A program made the position numbers and the translations under genes. Shown one piece after another: positions 61,206 through 64,000 of a DNA stretch of 64,000 nucleotides (positions are counted from its first letter, which is position 1; the number at the start of each line of letters is the position of its first letter). Origin of the DNA: Mobula hypostoma (Eukaryota); the NCBI RefSeq assembly GCF_963921235.1, contig NC_086097.1, forward strand, positions 58,654,001-58,718,000, read 5' to 3'. The notes beneath the pieces are model-generated. The model was not told where the DNA came from, ran no database searches, and was given only the letters and a program-made list of their open reading frames with translations.

Positions 61206-64000
61206 TTACCCATTGAATAAAAATATGTGGAAAAACTCATTCCAATCATCGTCTACACAATATATTTTAATTGCCTATTTACATTTGCTTCACTTCAAAA
61301 TAACTTATCCTCCATCCTAGTGTGATACTCAATAATTACTTTACCATTTTCTTTACAATCATTAAGTGGGGCATTTCATGGGAGAGTAGCATTTTGACAG
61401 CAGGTCAATATCCTATTGGTTGAGTAAAGAAGGGTATGACTACTAGAAATTAGAAGAAAGTAAGACTTGTTAGCACTGTGCTAAAACAACATCTGCAGAC
61501 AAAGCAAAAAGGGAACCAACTGATTAAAGCAGGGAAGTAGAAAAGGCAATTTGCAAAAGTTTATTTCCCTCATGAAGCCATGCAATAATTGTACTGTTGC
61601 AGTAATTTGCATTATTATTTCAAATCAATGTCATGCTAAGGCTTTTTCAGGAATTGCTGAGTTGAAAGCAAGGTTGAAATTATATGCTTGAGGTGGCTAA
61701 CTGTGTCTATAATTTCTATCTCAAATACAAGGAATTGTAAAAAATGTGCCTCTCTGTGATTAAACTACAGAGTTAATATCAGTATGAGATTATAAATTAA
61801 CGTTGTGAATGCCCCTGGAGAGATTAAATTAAATATTGAAAAGGTCCCTCAGACCCTTGCTTTAAAAAAGAAATGATGTGCACCCTGAATATTCCAAATT
61901 TGCTTGATAAAGGCTTAAAATGCACTTATAGAAACATACTCTTTCAGGTTCAGGCCAGTAGCTCATTGGTTTTTGGAATTGTTGATCTTACCTCATGGAA
62001 AGAATTTTGGGCTTGAATTGTATTTAATAGTTGAAAGAAAGTGAACTTGCAGGTGTGTGGGATAGAAAACCAATATTTTAAGGTCAGACTTGCTTTAAAT
62101 GCTCCTACACTAGCCAGATGGCTAATAATCCCAATAATATACGGCAAGATATTGAACCAGCGAATTCGAAGTACCAATTTAGAACGGTAATTGCTGATGT
62201 GATAACAATCAAACAAATTTGCTACAGCCAAATGCTTTCACTCTGTCACTCTGGAGTAAATTCAATATTCTATTTAACAGTAGTTAAACGATTCTCAAAA
62301 TATACAGGTCTCATTGAAGCTTAGGTGATCGGGGGAATTGAAATTAACACAAATAAACAAGGAGTCCAATAATTTTCAAATGAATAACATATTATTTTTT
62401 AAAAAGGAAAATCCCATATGATTTTTCAGGTGCTGATTATTTGCTTCATCTGTAATATTGTCTAGTAGAAACAGCACAAAGTACAAGAAATGTTTCGTAT
62501 GGCAAAGTACATGATAAATAAATTCCATCATTTTGCATTATATAGAGTCTTTTACAAGATATTATCCAATTATAAATCTATGTTTATTTTTCCAGAAGGC
62601 TATTTCCTCTTAAATAAATGTCATTCTCCACTTCACCGTTAATTGTTGCTCCGTTCAATAAAAATGTTCAATTCTAAATCTTACTATAACAATTGAAAAC
62701 TTTGTTCTGCTAAATGTTTTTTTTTGTAGAAGTACAAAGAATTTTTAAAAACTCAAGTACAGAGATATTTCTCATTTGCTTTAAGTTCAGCCTTACAGCT
62801 TTTTGGACTACATGTGCATGACTTTTCCCTTAGTCATATCAGCTGAGTAAGTATGTTACTTAGAATAATATAGACTGATATACTCAAAGCATCTAAAGTG
62901 CAAAATCATTAACCATGAGAATGAGAATCTTGTTCTTTGGGGATGTGATTTGCACATTACTAGGAAAGTCAATGCAGTATACTGCATCATGACATAATTT
63001 CCCACAAAATGTTGGGATAAAGAGGATTTCATCTGTTTCTTTCAAACTGATTGTTAAACTTACCAGAGACAGACCAAAAGCTACCCAGGAAAATTATATC
63101 AACGCATGTCCTTAAGACTAGACGCAGTCATATTGAAATAAAAAACAAATATGATGCTGTAAAATGAATACCAATCATTCACAAAATAGGTACAGTACTG
63201 CATGAGAAATGTCAATTAATGGCATATTTGATCCAACCCATTACTTGCTAGCCACCATTTCCAGCCAATTTGGTTCCAACTGTTGTTTACCTCTCCCCTA
63301 ATGGTTCACTTTCTTTCCTCTGTTACTTAGCAGAATTCAGTACTGGTAGCACTTCCTATTCCTGTTTATCTCCCTCTAGCAGCTGTTTCTTATCTTCACA
63401 CTCAGCCCTCCTCACCTTGCTCCCTGTTCTTTTCCCCCGTTTTTTTTATCTCTCTTTTGCCTGCCTCCATCAATCATTCAACTGCCATAGTTTTCCAACT
63501 CTACCTTGGCACACCTCCCATTCCTGGCAGTACTTACCTGTCATCTTGCACCCCTCCTCAGTGCACCACTAACCTCAGAATCCGTTTTTTGGCTTCTCCT
63601 TTTCTCCTCTATTTACTGCCTTTCTTGCCTCTCCACTCTCAGTCCTCACTTTTGACCTATATGATCATCAGTTCCTTTCCACCCGTTAATGTTGCTTGGC
63701 CTCTAAATTCTTCCTGCAGGTTGTTTATTATGTACTAGCTCTGTGCTGATTGTACAGCTTCCAACTACCTAGAGGCTCCAGACACACTGATGGCCCAGGA
63801 ACAGATGTTTTACCAGCTCTCCTGTTGTTGCTTCCTGAGAATTTGAGAATTCAAGAATACAAGACACTAGTAGAAGGATTAGGCCAAATGGTTTCTCCAG
63901 CCTGTTCCTTCATTCATCATGACTATGACTGATCTACCACAGGCCTGTACTACTGCTGTGTTCCAGCTTCCTGTAGCCATCAACCACCATGAGGCCCTCC

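Noticed and set aside
1..64000. CRISPR arrays, prokaryotic operons, tRNA or rRNA genes
   Set aside because: None were seen. The sequence is vertebrate repeat-rich DNA, and tRNA-like boxes occur only in a SINE head.

Overview
Eukaryotic, AT-rich, transposon-dominated DNA with no convincing host protein-coding exon (intergenic or deep intronic). The repeat content points to a cartilaginous fish, probably a ray; this is an inference from CR1 LINEs with microsatellite tails, Rex1/Babar fragments, HE1-like SINEs and Penelope-derived palindromes. The window holds two decayed Gypsy LTR elements, a solo LTR, several CR1 copies (one young copy with a 553-aa RT ORF nested in an older CR1), Rex1/Babar, RTE, L2 and Nimb/I LINE fragments, Tc1/mariner MITEs and Penelope-like remnants. 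Main observations: (1) a young family of short, TSD-flanked palindromic Penelope-derived elements carrying minimal type I hammerhead ribozyme cores; (2) a Nimb/I insertion whose 5' end is a ~287-bp inverted copy of DNA ~525 bp upstream, lying inside the TSD; (3) several multi-level nested insertions with readable junctions. All assignments are by eye; no searches were run.
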